In this document: positions 61,630 to 64,000 of the stretch, piece after piece
Numbering within the stretch: the stretch's first letter is position 1
Layout of the letters: every line of letters begins with the position of its first letter
Assembly: GCF_006345805.1 (NCBI RefSeq)
Contig: NW_021835959.1
Coordinates: 112,005 to 176,004 of the forward strand
DNA length: 64,000 nucleotides
Reading direction: 5' to 3'
Source: Octopus sinensis
Lineage: Eukaryota
Made by a program: the position numbers and the translations under genes
The notes under the pieces: model-generated
The model's input: the letters and a program-made list of their open reading frames with translations, nothing else
The model's database searches: none
What the model was told of the DNA's origin: nothing

Positions 61630-63372
61630 ACAAGGTAGAGTTGACCCAAGTGGATGAATAGTAATATTAATCTTTGTATAATAATCCTTTCTACTATAGG
61701 CACAAGGCCTGAAATTTTGGGGGAGGGGGCTAGTCGATTACATCTACCCCAGTATTTGACTGGTACTTATTTTATTGATACTGAAAGGATGAAAGGTAAA
61801 GTTGACCTCAGCGGAATTTGAACTCAGAATGTGAAGACAGATGAAATACCACTAAGCATTTTGCCTGACATGCTAATGATTCTGCCAGCCTGCTGCCTTA
61901 AATCTTTGTATAATAATAGCCAATATAAATGGTTGAATGATTGGTTTGTTAGTTGATTGGTTTCTCCAGTCAGGCTTTACATTATATTGAGAGAAGAAAA
62001 GAGAGAGAGAGAGAGAGAGAGTAAGTTAACATAAGAGAAAGTTAACATAAGAGATGTTGGATGAGTGTACATACAAGGCTTGGTGGCAGGCAGAAATACT
62101 AAACTTGTGCTGTAAGAAAGAACCATAGAGCCAGAGGAGGAGAAGGAGAAGGAGAGGAAGTAAATGACAGTTTAGTTATGGGAAGAGTTATACGAACGGG
62201 AAATTTGTTTTATTTAACTTTATTTTAAGACAATAGATATTTTTCTTTTGGAAAGTATTCCTTTCATCATTTCATATAAACATCAAGAATTTGATAAAAG
62301 TTGAATCATAATTATTTTGTGTGTGTTATAATTCCTGATATTTACAAAGTTACCTATTATATGATAAGTAACACTCTATTAATAATAATAGTGCCTTGAT
62401 GCAGTACCAGGCAGTGGCTCTCATGGCTTCTGATCATTTCTGATTGGATGTGTTACCATGTACATTGTTTTGTCTTGGTATAAAAGATGGGCTACAGCAA
62501 CTATTCTGCTCAATATCACAGATTTGCTTGTCAGTTGTTTGATCATAACCAGTTGAGTATGTCCCTTTGTCACTCATGATTATGTTCATCTCTGATCACG
62601 AGCAGAAGTAGTGGTGGAACATCATAGCCATGTGTTGAAAGGAATCCTTTGGGATTTGGATAATTCACCTTTGGAAACATGGGTGTTTCATTCAACATCC
62701 TTAAACAACCCTTATTCAAGGACCTTTTGAGCAAGATGGGCTACTCAACCTGAAGAAAATTCTAACTGGGCCCCACCTGCAAAGTCATGCATTGCTTATC
62801 TTGATATGAGATCACCATGTCGTGCACATATGGTTGTGATGCATGTACACAGTGTACCCTTATCAGACAGGTAGTCATGATAGGTGTACTGGATTCCGTA
62901 TATTTTACCCCAGTGTCACTTTGATGGCATATACTGTTCTCTCTTTCATCAACAACAACAACAAAAATAATCCTTTCTACTAAAGGCACAAACCCTGAAA
63001 TTTGTGGGGAGGGGACTAGTTGATTACATTGACCCCAGTGTTTCATTGGTACTTAATTTATCAACTCCCAAAAGGATAAAAGGTAAAATTGACCTCAGTG
63101 GAAATTGAACTCAGAATGTAGCGACAGACAAAATACTGCTAAACATTTCACCTGGCTGGCTATCGATTCTACCAGCTCGCCACCTTATTAATAATAATAA
63201 TAACAACAACAACAACAGCCGCCGCTGCTACCACCAGCACCACCACCACCACCACCACCATTTCTACTATAGGCGCAAGGCCTGAAGTTTTTTGGGAGAA
63301 GGGTTAAGTACTCCACTGGTACTTAATTTATCAACCCTGAAAGGATGAAAAGCAAAGTCAACCTCAGCGGAA
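61630..63372 (-). mobile_element. Three SINE-B2 copies (61630-61900, 62972-63188, 63262-63372)
   Basis: Family match on the minus strand. Confidence 0.8.
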
Positions 63373-63789
63373 TAATAATAATAATAATAATAATAACAAT
63401 TTTCACCTTTCCTCTCTTTAATCAACAATCTCACAAAATATATTTGATAAATGCGTCATCCTCATCTTTCCTTTCTTTAATCAATTATCTCATGTATACA
63501 TATGCTTTCAGATATTTCTCTCAAAACTAATGATCACTCATTATATATTTCACACTATGTAAAACATGAAAAAGATGTATCCTGAATTCTAAGCTTAATA
63601 ATTTAGTACTTTAGCTAAATCAGAGAAGTAACAAGGTTTAATGGAAGCAGTGAAGAGTGATATGAAATTAGATTCAGCTTATTCTCTGTTGTGTAATATG
63701 TTTTCTTTATTAGCCACAAAGGGTTTTATAAAAAAATCATTGGGATGTACAAGACTCTAATCAGGTTAAGGTTATCCTCTGGTGTTTAA

Positions 63790-64000
63790 TCCCTAATAAT
63801 AAATGCAAAACTCTGTCTGTCCATCTGGGACCCCTGTATTTTCATCTACATTTGCTCTACATAGACATATTATACCATATTGGAATCAGGATGATGCCCG
63901 GATTGAAAATCTGTCCTTTATTCTGTTCTTGAACATCCAGCATTGGGATCTGATTTTAAAGCTTTTGGGTTGCTATTTCTAGCAGGTAAAGCTTGGCTGA
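63790..64000 (+). mobile_element. Second copy of the 38903 family, running off the window
   Basis: Colinear similarity to 38903-39110. Confidence 0.7.

Overview
AT-rich, repeat-dense animal genomic DNA. The SINE families and microsatellite load suggest an octopus (coleoid cephalopod); this is pattern recognition, not a database hit. I cannot support any intact protein-coding gene, tRNA gene, rRNA or CRISPR array. Most ORF-track entries come from (TA)n/(CA)n/(TATG)n tracts or SINE sequence. The window contains: (i) many tRNA-headed SINEs in at least five families, given working names A, B, C/C2, G, H; (ii) decayed LINE pieces (CR1-group ORF2 ends, RTE 3' ends, a CCHC ORF1 element with no visible ORF2, and older rearranged relatives); (iii) DNA transposons (hAT Buster/Charlie and Ac-like relics, hAT MITEs, an internally deleted Merlin/IS1595-like transposase, two Merlin-like MITE copies with 8-bp TSDs, non-autonomous Helitrons); (iv) five sequence-distinct hammerhead-ribozyme-like motifs of the Penelope-associated type, one intact; (v) several long palindromes; (vi) a few weak candidate exons and a possible promoter/first exon near 50.8-51.1 kb. 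Best leads: a TSD-flanked composite element joining a tRNA-type Pol III head to a hammerhead tail (37491-37842), the hammerhead set as a whole, a tailless SINE with complementary termini, and a 34-bp minisatellite shared between a SINE body and the Merlin relic. Coordinates were read by eye and fragment boundaries are approximate.
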